From a virus (lineage: Duplodnaviria; Heunggongvirae; Uroviricota; Caudoviricetes), in the IMG/VR virus record IMGVR_UViG_3300022821_000011, positions 13,134 through 77,133 of that record: a stretch of DNA of 64,000 nucleotides; one strand, given 5' to 3'. The stretch's first letter is position 1, and each line of letters begins with the position of its first letter. The position numbers were made by a program, and so were the translations under genes. Of the stretch, positions 20,202-30,864 are shown piece by piece. The notes under the pieces are model-generated. The model did not search any database. It had not been told where the DNA came from and was given only the letters and a program-made list of their open reading frames with translations.

Positions 20202-20982
20202 AATATTATTTTACATTTAATTTTTCGAAAAGAAGTTTCCATTTTTCTTCTGGAGTTTCTGTTACAATAGCATTTACAATTTCAACTAATGTATCATGAT
20301 ATTTTTCTGGATGTCGAAAATAAAAACTTGCATATGTGCTATCAAACGAATCATCTTCATCATAATGATATAGAGGATGATCTCTCATTGCTTCGAAAAC
20401 TTCTTCATAAGCTTCTCTGTTTCCACCACCACATCTAGTATAAACAACAAGATGATCTTCTGTCAAATAAGCATCTCTAAATCTTCCAAAATCTACTGAT
20501 GTTAATTCTAAAACACCTAAAACCAATGGAGAAATTGCATTAACTCCAAATGTCATATTATATAAACTCATTTTATTAATCCAATGTCGTTGTAGTTTTT
20601 TTAAGTCTTATGTGAGAAACAGTCCAATTATTACTTTCAATAGTTTGTTTTATATCATTTTCAAATTCTTCAACTTCTTTATCATTTTTACAATTAAAAT
20701 TTCCAGAAAATTCATCCCCAGAGTCTTCAATAGTAACAATGAATGTATATGAGTCTGCCATAATATATCATCCTTAATAAATAAGAGACGTATCAGTTAT
20801 ACGTTCCATTAAATCAAATATAGCCCACGCTTGACAACCCAAACACATTGCTTCATGGCGATCACATCGATCACCATATATTTCTGTTAAAACTCTAGCC
20901 TGTTTATTAAGAGCTTCTTCTCTTAGGTTTCTAAGTTTCTTTTTTTTTCATTTTATATCCTTAATCGCTCATAAAGCATTTA

Positions 20983-21046
20983 GGAAGTCCTTGAAAGTCA
21001 TAGTTTTATCCATTTGGAACTATTAATACTTTCAAGGACCTCAATG
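20983..21046. repeat. Conserved hairpin element, copy 4
   Basis: GGAAGTCCTTGAAAGT...ACTTTCAAGGACCTCAATG. Confidence 0.75.
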
Positions 21047-21120
21047 TTGCGCCAGGTGGAATTGAACCAGCCGATTTCCGGATAATGAGTCCAGCGAGAT
21101 GACCTCTTCTCTACAGCGCG
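21047..21120 (-). tRNA. tRNA-like with anticodon CAU, a C1:A72 mismatch and T37 (initiator-like or degenerate)
   Basis: U8A9 present, D-arm GAGA-AGAGGTCA-TCTC, anticodon stem CTGGA/TCCGG, loop CTCATTA, T-loop TTCAATT. Confidence 0.45.
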
Positions 21121-21731
21121 TTACTTTTTTCTTTTTTAAGATAATCTTTTACATAATAATTTAATATTTCATCTGTGTTATGAATAGGTTTATGTGTTTT
21201 TTCAAAAGCTTTTTCTATTTTTCTTAATTTTAGAATTGTAGAACGTTTTGGCCTACCTGCTAATACTTTTTTAATAGACGATATTTCAAACACCGGATCT
21301 TTTGTTGAAGCATAAGCATATGGATAATTTCCAGTCCATATTTTAAAAGAACCAATATATAAATGCTCATATGAAGACTTACTATAAAAAATCAAATCAT
21401 TTTCTGCTGCTTTTATAAAAAAATCATCTAAAAGAGAATTATATTTATTATTCATTGACCAAAATCGTGGCGAACAAAGCTTTATTCTATCAAAAAATGT
21501 AAGTGGTTCAAATTGCATTATTTTTCCTCACGATGTTTAAAATCTCTTTTGAAGATATAATTTCACATTTATTTTCAATTTCACTAATTCTTTTCTTTGG
21601 TATATCATAATGATCTTTATGAAACCAACATTTTTTTATATTCAAATCAATAGCCATTTTATGAAGATTTTCTATTGAATATGGTATACAAACTAAATGT
21701 CTTTTTTTATCTGTATAATATTTCATTATGC

Positions 21732-21760
21732 ATTATATAATATGTTTTTTAGAATGTCAA
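21732..21760 (-). promoter_or_regulatory. Perfect sigma70 promoter TTGACA-17-TATAAT for ORF 21508..21726
   Basis: Plus-strand tgtcaa at 21755-21760. Confidence 0.6.
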
Positions 21761-21770
21761 CTAATAAATG

Positions 21771-21880
21771 ACCATTGCTAGATTCGAACTAACATTTTCC
21801 CATTCCTGGGATGCAATAACCACGGGTTCATATCTTCTACTGTCCGTGCACTCGATTATCATCAAAGCAGAACCGCCTTA
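21771..21880 (-). tRNA. tRNA-like fragment or pseudogene. The T-arm GTTAG-TTCGAAT-CTAGC and acceptor 3' strand are present, with no matching 5' acceptor
   Basis: Only the 3' half is recognisable. Confidence 0.3.
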
Positions 21881-22007
21881 TACTATCTGGTCATAATAAA
21901 TTATTATCTTTATAGTCTTTACTGAGACGTTCCCTTCTCGCTATTATACTATAAGTTATATTTTGTTCGAATTTGCCATATAACCAGCACCTCGAGATAA
22001 TAATAAT

Positions 22008-22084
22008 TGGTCTGTGTAGAGAGATTTGAACTCCCGACCCTTCACTCCCAAAGCGAATGCTCTACCAAGCTGAGCTACACACAG
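22008..22084 (-). tRNA. tRNA-Pro (UGG)
   Basis: D-arm TAGCTCAGCTTGGTAGAGC, anticodon stem TTCGC/GTGAA, loop TTTGGGA, T-arm GGGAG-TTCAAAT-CTCTC, CCA encoded. Confidence 0.8.
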
Positions 22085-22281
22085 TTAATTTGTTTTATTG
22101 ATATGAGGATTACCATTTTCATCAAAAACAATATTTGATGTAACTTCATACATTAAATCATAAAGTTTTTCTACTTCATCTTCTGTTAATTCAGGATATT
22201 GTTCTGTAATTTCATTTTTCTGATAACCATTGTGAAGATAATAATTAATTTGCTTTACCATAATATACAATTCCTTAAATT

Positions 22282-22388
22282 GGCGTCGGGCGGGGTATCG
22301 AACCTGAAGAACCGTGCCTATGCAGGCCTGCATTGTCTTCATTTTTTCCATTCGTCTTAGAGTCATGACTCCCTTCGACAGCGCCATG
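22282..22388 (-). ncRNA. Atypical GC-rich tRNA-like element of about 105 nt. It has a T-loop-like TTCGATA and palindromic arms, and overlaps the N-terminus of ORF 22085..22387
   Basis: Acceptor-like pairing GGCGCTG/CGACGCC; palindromes GAGTCATGACTC and ATGCAGGCCTGCAT; no canonical cloverleaf. Confidence 0.3.
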
Positions 22389-22765
22389 CCATACCCAACA
22401 TAATTTATCTAATACATAATTTATCTAATTCTAAATCTTCTCTACAATACAAATAATGCTTTTTTACTAAATTGAATTCTGGATGTTTTGATATCCACAT
22501 TCCAGTGTGTGGATCAAATTTATTCTTAAAAAAGTTATCTAATATAATAACTCTTTTTCTTCTTTCGTTATCATAATAATCTTCTAATGTTTCCATATCT
22601 TTATCTATTCTTAAAGATAATGAATCATATTCTTCATCTGTTATCATTGAATAAGATTCATATTCATATGAATATGCAGAAATAGATAAAATAATTCTAT
22701 TTCTTCTTTCTATGCTTCTTTGAATTGTAAAAAGATCTGACATTTATAATCTTTCTTATTTGATT

Positions 22766-22840
22766 TGGCACCGACTCTAGGATTCGAACCCAGACCTGAT
22801 GGCTTTGGAGACCATTGTACTGCCGTTATACTAAGTCGAT
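22766..22840 (-). tRNA. tRNA-Trp (CCA)
   Basis: Anticodon stem ATGGT/GCCAT, loop CTCCAAA, T-arm CTGGG-TTCGAAT-CCTAG, CCA encoded. Confidence 0.75.
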
Positions 22841-23678
22841 ATCTTTTGTTTGTAACGACAAGATAAAAGAAAATATAATTTCTCCAATATCTTCAATTAA
22901 ATCTATTTCATATTTTGAAGGAACTTTATCATAAAAATAATAATTCATTAAATCAATAGACGTATGCCTTTTCATTTTTTAATCTTCCCAATCATAATTT
23001 ATAACTTCAATAATCATATAATCTGGAGAACTGTGTTGATAGTTGCTGTTAATTTTTTTATCATACTCCAACAAATCTGTTTTAATAGCTTCATAAGCTT
23101 CTTCACGACTAGAATATCCACGATATTCGTCAAAAGTATTTTCTAAAGCTCCACCACCATATTCAATCAAACTCTTAGGAGTTTTTATCAAGCCATCTGA
23201 TGATATTTCTTTAATACAATATCTTTTATTCAATACATAAGTCATAATAAAATCCTAATCTAGAAATTCAAGTTCTTCTATTTCATAAGAAGTGTTTCCA
23301 TCGCCTATAGTTTTTCCAGCTAACATGTCCTTTATTTCGGAATCGCTAAAGCTATGATTCTTGACTTCTTCAAAAGATTTTTTTGTTGGAAAAGTTTTCC
23401 AAAAGGCAACTAAATCGGACTCACAATAATCAACCATATATCTTAAACCATAAAATTTTTTCATAATAACTTCCTTTTAATATAATCCCAGGGCGGGCAC
23501 TCACAATCTATATTACGTATTCACTTGTGTTCTAGCCGGGTACTACCGTGTTGCAACTTAGTCATTCCCTCACATCGCGTTGATGCTGCCTTGAGATTAA
23601 TTGGCTCTTAGGGCGATCATACGATCAACATCTTCTTCCTACGCTGGAAGCTGTTTTTACTTAAACTACCTAAAACTT

Positions 23679-23762
23679 TGGTGGGAAGATGCGGTTTCGA
23701 TCCACTCCCTATAAGGACGAGTTTTACAGACTCGATGCTAAAGCCATTAGCTTTATCTTCCC
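23679..23762 (-). tRNA. tRNA-Tyr (GUA), type II, with an odd T-loop ATCGAAA
   Basis: Acceptor GGGAAGA/TCTTCCC plus ACCA, anticodon stem CGAGT/ACTCG, loop CTGTAAA, variable hairpin TCC-TTATA-GGA. Confidence 0.6.
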
Positions 23763-23766
23763 AAAT

Positions 23767-23843
23767 TGGCTCCCAGCCCCGGTAACGATCCGGGCAGTGT
23801 CTGATTAACAGTCAGATGCGTTCACCATGCTCGCCCGCTGGAA
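23767..23843 (-). tRNA. tRNA-Asn (GUU)
   Basis: Acceptor TTCCAGC/GCTGGGA plus GCCA, anticodon stem TCTGA/TCAGA, loop CTGTTAA, T-arm CCCGG-ATCGTTA-CCGGG. Confidence 0.6.
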
Positions 23844-23980
23844 ATAATAAGTAGGATGCGAGTGGATTTGAACCAGAGAACCCTAACTCTCTTTTACTCG
23901 GTTGGAAATTTAGGGAAAAATCCAACATACCCACACCTGGGCATCCATAAATTCTGTATTAGTATAACACTATTTATCGT
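23844..23980 (-). ncRNA. Unassigned structured GC-rich RNA segment with a 6-bp hairpin GTTGGA...TCCAAC and a T-loop-like GGTTCAAATCC. It lies downstream of a TTGACA promoter at 23984-23989
   Basis: No ORF, high GC and multiple stems. It could not be folded into a canonical tRNA. Confidence 0.3.
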
Positions 23981-24095
23981 GTGTGTCAACAACAAAAATT
24001 ATTTTTCTATGCCGAAACCACTTGTACGATGCATTCGCATCCACGTACTGGACATATGCTGTCTTTATGCTTAGGAGACAGCCTCCTGTTAAATC

Positions 24096-24171
24096 TGGTA
24101 CCCACGAAGGGAATCGAACCCTTTTCTGAAGTGTGAAAAACTTCTATCCTAGCCAAGTAGACGACGTGGAC
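24096..24171 (-). tRNA. tRNA-Glu (UUC)
   Basis: Anticodon stem GAAGT/ACTTC, loop TTTTCAC, T-arm AAGGG-TTCGATT-CCCTT, CCA encoded. Confidence 0.7.
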
Positions 24172-24212
24172 ATAAAAAAACCCCGGCATTTCTACCGAGG
24201 GTTTTATATACA
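24172..24212. terminator. Hairpin flanked by an A-run and a T-run (AAAAAAACCCC...GGGTTTT), a bidirectional terminator-like structure
   Basis: Read directly; it separates the tRNA block from the next unit. Confidence 0.45.
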
Positions 24213-24397
24213 ATAAACTTATATAGCCTTAGTTTACTCTATACAACACCCTCAATTCCTGACACACGAAAATTATTCGAACTAAACGACCAATCGAGAA
24301 TATACATTTCTGTATGTTCCGGTTGTATATCGGTTAATGGATATGTTTTTATGCTAGTCATGTGAAAATTTGAGTTCCTTGTTTAAATTATTTATAT

Positions 24398-24426
24398 ATT
24401 ATATATATGATTTTATGCATTGTCAA
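24398..24426 (-). promoter_or_regulatory. Perfect sigma70 promoter TTGACA-17-TATAAT
   Basis: Plus-strand tgtcaa at 24421-24426; drives a small unlisted ORF (24240..24361). Confidence 0.6.
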
Positions 24427-25322
24427 CAACTATTTTTAAAAAATTATCTTCTAGATGGATTATCATTATCTAAAATTCTTATTATACGATCTAATCTTTT
24501 TTCAATACCTATAAGTTTTTCTTTACTTCTTTCGACATCTATTTTTTGTTTAGTTATTTCTTGTCTATAAAAGTCCTGTGTATTTTTAATAGATTGCAAT
24601 TTTTCATCTATTTTTTTCATTGGTTCAGCAATTTCTTGCTTTACTAATCTTTCAGTTTCTGCCTTAGCATAATATGAAATACTAGTAGATGCTGCCGTTA
24701 CAATCATTAATATAAGAGCAATGGTTTCCCAATAATTTTTTAACCAAACAGAAACTGCAGAAAAATACATAAGAATCTCCAAAAAGAATAGTGTTATATT
24801 GTATTTATTCTTTTTGGAAATTTAACTCTATCACGTTATCTTTTTTTGATTGTTCTATATTTTTATTTTTCTGAGTTGATATGGCTTTTTTATATTTAAC
24901 ATTTTCTTTATTAGATATTACAAATTGTGAAGAATCATTATCCCAAAATAAGCCATGAGTATCTCCAGCATCTTTAAGATAATTAGATGCTTCAGATAAA
25001 ATAGGATAAAAAATAGAATATTCTCCGGCAACCCAGGGTTCTACAACTTTATATAAAAAAGGATGAGTTTTCATATGATTGGCAGCACCTCCAGCATGAA
25101 CATATTTTCTTTTTGGATCTTCATCTTTCGCAGTTTTTTCTAAAAAGAAAAATAGATAAGATTCTATTCTTTCTGTATCTTTGGTTGCTATATAAGATAT
25201 ATCAGTTCTGCCAAGATATATCCAATCTTCTAAAGATACTCCTAACATTTTTCCAGTTTCAGATTCACGAACTTCAACTGAAAAAATATTAGAAAATATG
25301 TTTTTTACGCTTTTAAACATAA

Positions 25323-25859
25323 TTATTCTGTTTTAGCTCTTACTTCAAGTCTTGGAGTATCAATAACTAAAGGCAAAGAAGATACAAAAAACGCCATTTG
25401 ACCACCAACTTCAATTTTAGCGCCTGATGATGCATCAAAGAAATACCATTTATCACACCCAGCACCGCCATAATAAACACCATCAAGGGCTGGAGCAGGT
25501 CCTAATGGAGGATGACCTGATGAGCCACTTCTAGGATATGGCCTAACCGGAGGAGTAAGAGAAGTACAAATATTCACAGGAGCACTATCTGCTACATAAT
25601 ATCCAACATAACCAACACCAGGAAGCATCACATAAACATAATGTGTCTGATCTGGTTCATTTGCAGCTTCAACCCAACGAACAATACTTTTACGCGTAGT
25701 AAACTGCCTTACCTGAGGAACAGGAAGACTTTTAACAGCATTTTTCATATTTTGTTCTTGAATTCTAGTTCCAGTTCTAGTAGAGCTTTCTTCATAATTG
25801 CATCCCACCAAAAGCAAAGCTCCTAAAGAAAGAGCAGCTATAGTTTTAAAATTAATCAT
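25323..25859 (-). CDS. Lipoprotein (signal peptide plus lipobox LLVGC)
   Basis: N-terminus MINFKTIAALSLGALLLVGCNYE. Confidence 0.6.
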   Translation of the reverse strand: MINFKTIAALSLGALLLVGCNYEESSTRTGTRIQEQNMKNAVKSLPVPQVRQFTTRKSIVRWVEAANEPDQTHYVYVMLPGVGYVGYYVADSAPVNICTSLTPPVRPYPRSGSSGHPPLGPAPALDGVYYGGAGCDKWYFFDASSGAKIEVGGQMAFFVSSLPLVIDTPRLEVRAKTE

Positions 25860-27540
25860 ATTATAAATTCCTTGTTAACAATTTGTTTTTGAACCATTGT
25901 ATGTATCTAACATTATATTTCGAGGCAAATTAGAATCTTTAAATCTACCAGATGTATATGCTTTGTTAGAATCAGCATTATATTCTGCTATCTTAGAAGC
26001 TCGCTGAGAAGCTAAACCGGCCACATTAGTAAGAACCATCCTCTTCATATCATCAGTGAGTTCTTGAGCCAAAAGAGATTTTTGCTCATCAATTTTAAAT
26101 TCAACAGCTTTAATTGATGCGCACAAATTATGAAAATGGTCATATGTATATCTACGATTTGCTCCAGATTCAATTTGGACTTCTGCATTTACAGCTCCTC
26201 TAAATGGAGCTAGTAAATAAGTAAGCCCACCAGATATTCCAGTAATAAGCAAAAATAAACAGATGATGCAAACAATAGCAAAAGCGGTCCAGCCAAACAT
26301 TTTTAGCATTATAATTCCTTTCAATTATTAAAATTAATTTTTTTCTAAATATAATGGAGTTATATCTAAATCGATTCCATTCTTAAAATAAGAAGTTTTC
26401 TTATAAGATGATTCTGCTATCTTTTTAGAAGAATATATCTTTTTCGTACGGTGATTGCCGTATCGATCTCCAGTAGTTACTGCTTTACCAAATTCATCAG
26501 TTAAAGCATATCCAATAATATGTAATTCTTTTTTAATCATAATATAACCCTTAAATAAATTTAGACCAACCTTCTTTTCTCATTTCGTCTTTTAATTTTT
26601 CCAACTTATTATCAGTATATTTATTTAAGAAATATAGTGAAACAGCCATAGACAATATAAAACAAACAAAAAATAATGTCATAGCAACCCAAAAAATTGC
26701 ATGAAACAAAGCACTAATATATACAACTCCAAGAGAAATAACAAAAGACAAAATAAAACTATATGGAGACCAATCAATTAACTTTATTTTCTTTTTTGTA
26801 TATTCAAGACTAAACTCGCAAGAAATACCAGAATGAGAATTTAATATCAAAACGCACAACTCTTCTCGATTTGGTATATGGCCATCTGCAACATTATGAA
26901 TTAAATCAAGAACAGCATCGCCGGTCCAAGATTCAGCTTCTGACAATTCTTCTTTAAGAGTTTTATCGGCCACTTACTGAATCCTCCAATGGACACATTA
27001 TAGGAATACCGTTATCATCTTTATCAAAACTATTGATATTACATCCTAATAGCTCACAAAACTTTTCTGGTTTAGCGTGCATAACAAGCTCTCTATCCAT
27101 ATGAGGACATTCATCACATGATGTTATATAAACTATTGCTTTTTTCATTGTTGGTGTTCCCTGTAAGCTTCGCAACCTTCACAAATAATATATGGAAAAG
27201 AAACATGGTATTGACCACAACTCTCACACATATTTTCATTATGATATTCTTCTTTTAATTTTAAAATATCATATATCATATCACCTGGATATAAAGCTTT
27301 AAGATATTTCTTACCTTTTGGTGTAAGAGAAGCTTTATATGATGTTAGATTTTTTGATCTTCTTATCAGCTTATGCTCTACCAAAATTGTAAACATAGTA
27401 TGTCCAGTAGTATATCCAAAAGCATATTTTGTAACACCTTCATCAATAACTTGTCTAGGAGACACACTTCCAAAATTAGCATTTGCATGAACTTTTTCAA
27501 CTTCAAAATCTGATATAATATCTTCTGGAAGTGTTACATG

Positions 27541-27633
27541 CTTCATTTATTTCTTCTCTTCAAACGAGCCCGCCGTTTTTTAGATCCAATCTTTCTTCGA
27601 CCTTTTCTTGGTCTATTTTTATGCGGATGTGCC
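27541..27633 (-). CDS. Small, highly basic 30-aa peptide (MAHPHKNRPRKGRRKIGSKKRRARLKRRNK); unlisted because it is under 60 aa
   Basis: ATG at 27633, read in the minus frame. Confidence 0.3.
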
Positions 27634-28060
27634 ATCAATTAATCACTTTCCACTCTGTAACAGAATCCTTACGAAAACTTCTCCATGCACTTTTATCCAA
27701 ATCCCAAACATTCATAACATTTGGCGAAGTTGTATTTCCACCAACCGGATGACTCTCGACAGGAATATTATCCATATTAAGAGTACACTTCATAATTCTA
27801 TCGGAACCGTCTTTTTTAACAAATGAAACGGTAACATTACCCAATTCAAGGGCCTTTTCAAACTTTTCAATATCAAACATAGTATATCCTTTCACTATTT
27901 TATTATAATATATCACAAAAAAGAGATATTGTAAATAGGCTATTTAATTATTTTTCTATACGAGGAAAAATAACAAATTTCAAAATCAAAAAACCAATAA
28001 TATATCCAACAATAAAACCAATTGTAGATTTCACAGTCGGTATTGCTAAAATTTCTAACA

Positions 28061-29398
28061 TTATAGCTTAGCCCTTTCTCTAACTTCTTCAAATGTGGTT
28101 TCATTATACATATAACCATGTGAATATCTTTTCTTAAAAGAGCTATTTGTAATAAGACCAGCCTTAGATGCTTTTGAGCGATCTGTGATTGGATCTTTCT
28201 TTACATCAAACCAAACAACACCATTATACGATGCAGAACTAGTTTTCATTGCAAAGCTTAGATCATCTCTATTTACTTTTTGAAGCAAACCACCGCCCAT
28301 ACCAAAGGCCCAATTTTCTACACTAATTCCTCTATCTATAAGCTCTTTCACACATTCACGAATAGTATCAATATTGCATCCATCGCCCTGAATCGCACGA
28401 ACGCAGTCTTCAAAAACGATAAAACCTTTATTGTTAACAGTATAATTATCAAACGATTTAAGAATTCTTTCAGAAACCTGGCCAATCATCGATGAAATTG
28501 GACTGCCACTATCTGGTCTAATCACAAGAGTTCCACCAGAATTACGAACTTTTTCTTTCAACTTATTACCCCACCCTTCGGTGATTGCTTCCCAGATGTT
28601 ATAACTATCTGATACGCAAGAATAAAGAGCGTTGGTTTTTGCATAAGTATCTAAAAAATGTTCAAACATTTCATATTCACGGTCCTTGCCCCAACAAGTT
28701 ACAGTCGAATGCTCACTAGCAGGAATAGAAAAACCAGCCATATCTTCACCATAATATACTTTGGCAGCTTCTAAAGCTTCGACTGTATCGGTTCCCATAA
28801 AGTTAATCAAATGAGCCATGCCGCCCAATGCAGCTGATTCGCCAGAAGTCGCTCCCCTACCGCCAAAGTCATGTAACTTAAACGCGATCTGGCCATCTGG
28901 ATCATCGCACGATTCTTGCAAACCAGCATATATAATCTTTTTTACTTCACGTGACACAGTCGCTACAGTTGATGGATACCATATTGCTCTATGGAGCGCA
29001 GTTTCAATAAAGGCTGGAAGCCATGGAAACCTATCATCTGCGTTTCTTACTTCTAGAAGAGGTGTTCCCAATGGAACTACGGTGCCTTCGTCGATAGCAG
29101 AAATTTGAATAGGAAGAAAACCATCAAACTCATTAACGATTATGTCCCATCCTTCTCTATCAAAAGGAAGGCCATGAGCAGTAATTCTCTTTTCTGCATA
29201 ATCAATATCTTCTTTTACAATTGGATCTAATAGATATTCTTTTAGATATGATTGCAGGCCAAAGTAAACCATAGAATCAAACTTATTTGATTTTCTTCCT
29301 TCGAGATATGAACTCATATACTTGATATTAGGATCAATAAGTTTTGAATGAGAAAATTTGTAACTGTCTGTAGATAAAATAAAATTTCTTTTTAGCAC
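28061..29398 (-). CDS. nadV: Nicotinamide phosphoribosyltransferase (NadV/Nampt)
   Basis: MLKRNFILSTDSYKFSHSKL... NAPRTase family; 445 aa. Confidence 0.8.
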   Translation of the reverse strand: MLKRNFILSTDSYKFSHSKLIDPNIKYMSSYLEGRKSNKFDSMVYFGLQSYLKEYLLDPIVKEDIDYAEKRITAHGLPFDREGWDIIVNEFDGFLPIQISAIDEGTVVPLGTPLLEVRNADDRFPWLPAFIETALHRAIWYPSTVATVSREVKKIIYAGLQESCDDPDGQIAFKLHDFGGRGATSGESAALGGMAHLINFMGTDTVEALEAAKVYYGEDMAGFSIPASEHSTVTCWGKDREYEMFEHFLDTYAKTNALYSCVSDSYNIWEAITEGWGNKLKEKVRNSGGTLVIRPDSGSPISSMIGQVSERILKSFDNYTVNNKGFIVFEDCVRAIQGDGCNIDTIRECVKELIDRGISVENWAFGMGGGLLQKVNRDDLSFAMKTSSASYNGVVWFDVKKDPITDRSKASKAGLITNSSFKKRYSHGYMYNETTFEEVRERAKL

Positions 29399-29731
29399 TG
29401 TAATAACTCCTATTACGTTTATGTTTAAATTTTTACCACCACCAATGAATTAAAACATCTCCAGTGATACTGCATTTTTTAAAATAATCAGAAATAATTG
29501 GATATTCTTCAGACAATTCTGCCTCATCCCAACTAAAATAATAATAATCATTTCCAAGTTCATGATCTTGCCATAATCTTTTAACTTCTTCTTCAACTTC
29601 TACTGGACAATCCGTCCACTGAGCATCAAAAACAAGTTTTGCACTAAATGCAGATGGTATATTACTACTATCTACTTCCTGCCATTTGTTAGTTTTATGT
29701 ACGTGGGCAGTAGTTCTTCCTGAATATTTTA

Positions 29732-30811
29732 TCATAATTTCACCATATCATCTATTATATCAAAGTGATCTTCAAAAATAACACCTCTATCGAGATCATT
29801 AAGAGGAATCCATTTCGCTTTTGCAGCATCATCAGAACCTTTTACTTTTGGAAGTTCTTGCATATCCGTCAAATGAATATAATGAGCATGCGTTATAGTT
29901 CTTCCACGCTGAGATCTATATGGATCATCATACACTTTAACTTGTTTAATTGATCCACGAAGAACGGCCGCAGGAACTTTAATTTTTGTTTCTTCTCTTA
30001 GCTCTCTAATCATAGCATCTTCAATAGTTTCAAATTGATTGATGAAACCACCAGGGATTGCTAATTGACCAAGACCAGGCATCGCGCCGCGTTCAATCAT
30101 AAGAATATGACCAGATTGAACCACTACTGCATCTACAGTATTAAAAGTTGGAGGGAACGGTGAATGAGACCAACTTTTCTTATATGAAATCAAATGCTCA
30201 TTTTCAGCTCTTATATATTCAAAGTCTTTTGGGTTTTCTTCAGCCCAGCTTTCAAGATATTCAACTACTGCTATTGGCATCTCAGCAGCTCTTCTTGGAA
30301 ACATAAGAGTCCAAGGATTAAACAAATCTTCTCTAACAGTTGTAGCATCAAGAACTACATATTGTTCAACATTTTCACTTCCCCATTGAGGAAATAAATT
30401 AAGATAAAAAGATGAATGATCTTTTGCGTGACCAATCAATCCAATTTTTGTGGGTCCGGCTTTCCATTTTTTATTAATGATATGATTGACTTGACCTTGA
30501 ATACTAGAAACCCACTTATCTAAATTATAAGTATAATCTTCTTGATATGCAAAATCTATAGCAGAACTATAAGCAGCAACACGATCAAATAAATCAGTGC
30601 CTCTAGTTATTTCCATCATAGAATCAAGAATCATTTGTTTTCTTTCTTGACTAGTCCAAGGGTTACGTAATGATCTAGGCTGGTTGTGCGAGCCCAATAC
30701 TATAATAATTTTTTCGGAAAGTTCTAGTGCTCTTCTGATAACATTTAAATGTCCATTGTGCACTGGCTGAAATCGGCCTATAAAGACCAGATAATCGTAT
30801 TTGTATGACAT
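29732..30811 (-). CDS. nadM: Bifunctional NMN adenylyltransferase (NadM-type) plus Nudix ADP-ribose pyrophosphatase
   Basis: FIGRFQPVHNGHL nucleotidyltransferase motif and Nudix box IRELREETKIKV. A T4-late-like TATAAATA sits 38 nt upstream, with SD AAGGGAG. Confidence 0.8.
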   Translation of the reverse strand: MSYKYDYLVFIGRFQPVHNGHLNVIRRALELSEKIIIVLGSHNQPRSLRNPWTSQERKQMILDSMMEITRGTDLFDRVAAYSSAIDFAYQEDYTYNLDKWVSSIQGQVNHIINKKWKAGPTKIGLIGHAKDHSSFYLNLFPQWGSENVEQYVVLDATTVREDLFNPWTLMFPRRAAEMPIAVVEYLESWAEENPKDFEYIRAENEHLISYKKSWSHSPFPPTFNTVDAVVVQSGHILMIERGAMPGLGQLAIPGGFINQFETIEDAMIRELREETKIKVPAAVLRGSIKQVKVYDDPYRSQRGRTITHAHYIHLTDMQELPKVKGSDDAAKAKWIPLNDLDRGVIFEDHFDIIDDMVKL

Positions 30812-30848
30812 GTAAAGACTCCCTTTATGAATGTCGGTGGTTATAATT

Positions 30849-30856
30849 TATTTATA
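30849..30856 (-). promoter_or_regulatory. T4-type late promoter TATAAATA upstream of nadM-Nudix
   Basis: Plus-strand tatttata. Confidence 0.4.
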
Positions 30857-30864
30857 TTCTATTT

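Noticed and set aside
22085-22387. The N-terminal 45 aa of ORF 22085..22387
   Set aside because: This stretch lies over the GC-rich tRNA-like element. The real start is probably MVKQINYY near 22258.
23470-23678. RNase P RNA-like motif ACCCGGCTAGAACA in the GC-rich island
   Set aside because: The P4/CR-I motif (AGTCCGGGC) is not present and the region is too short. The call stays at unassigned structured RNA.
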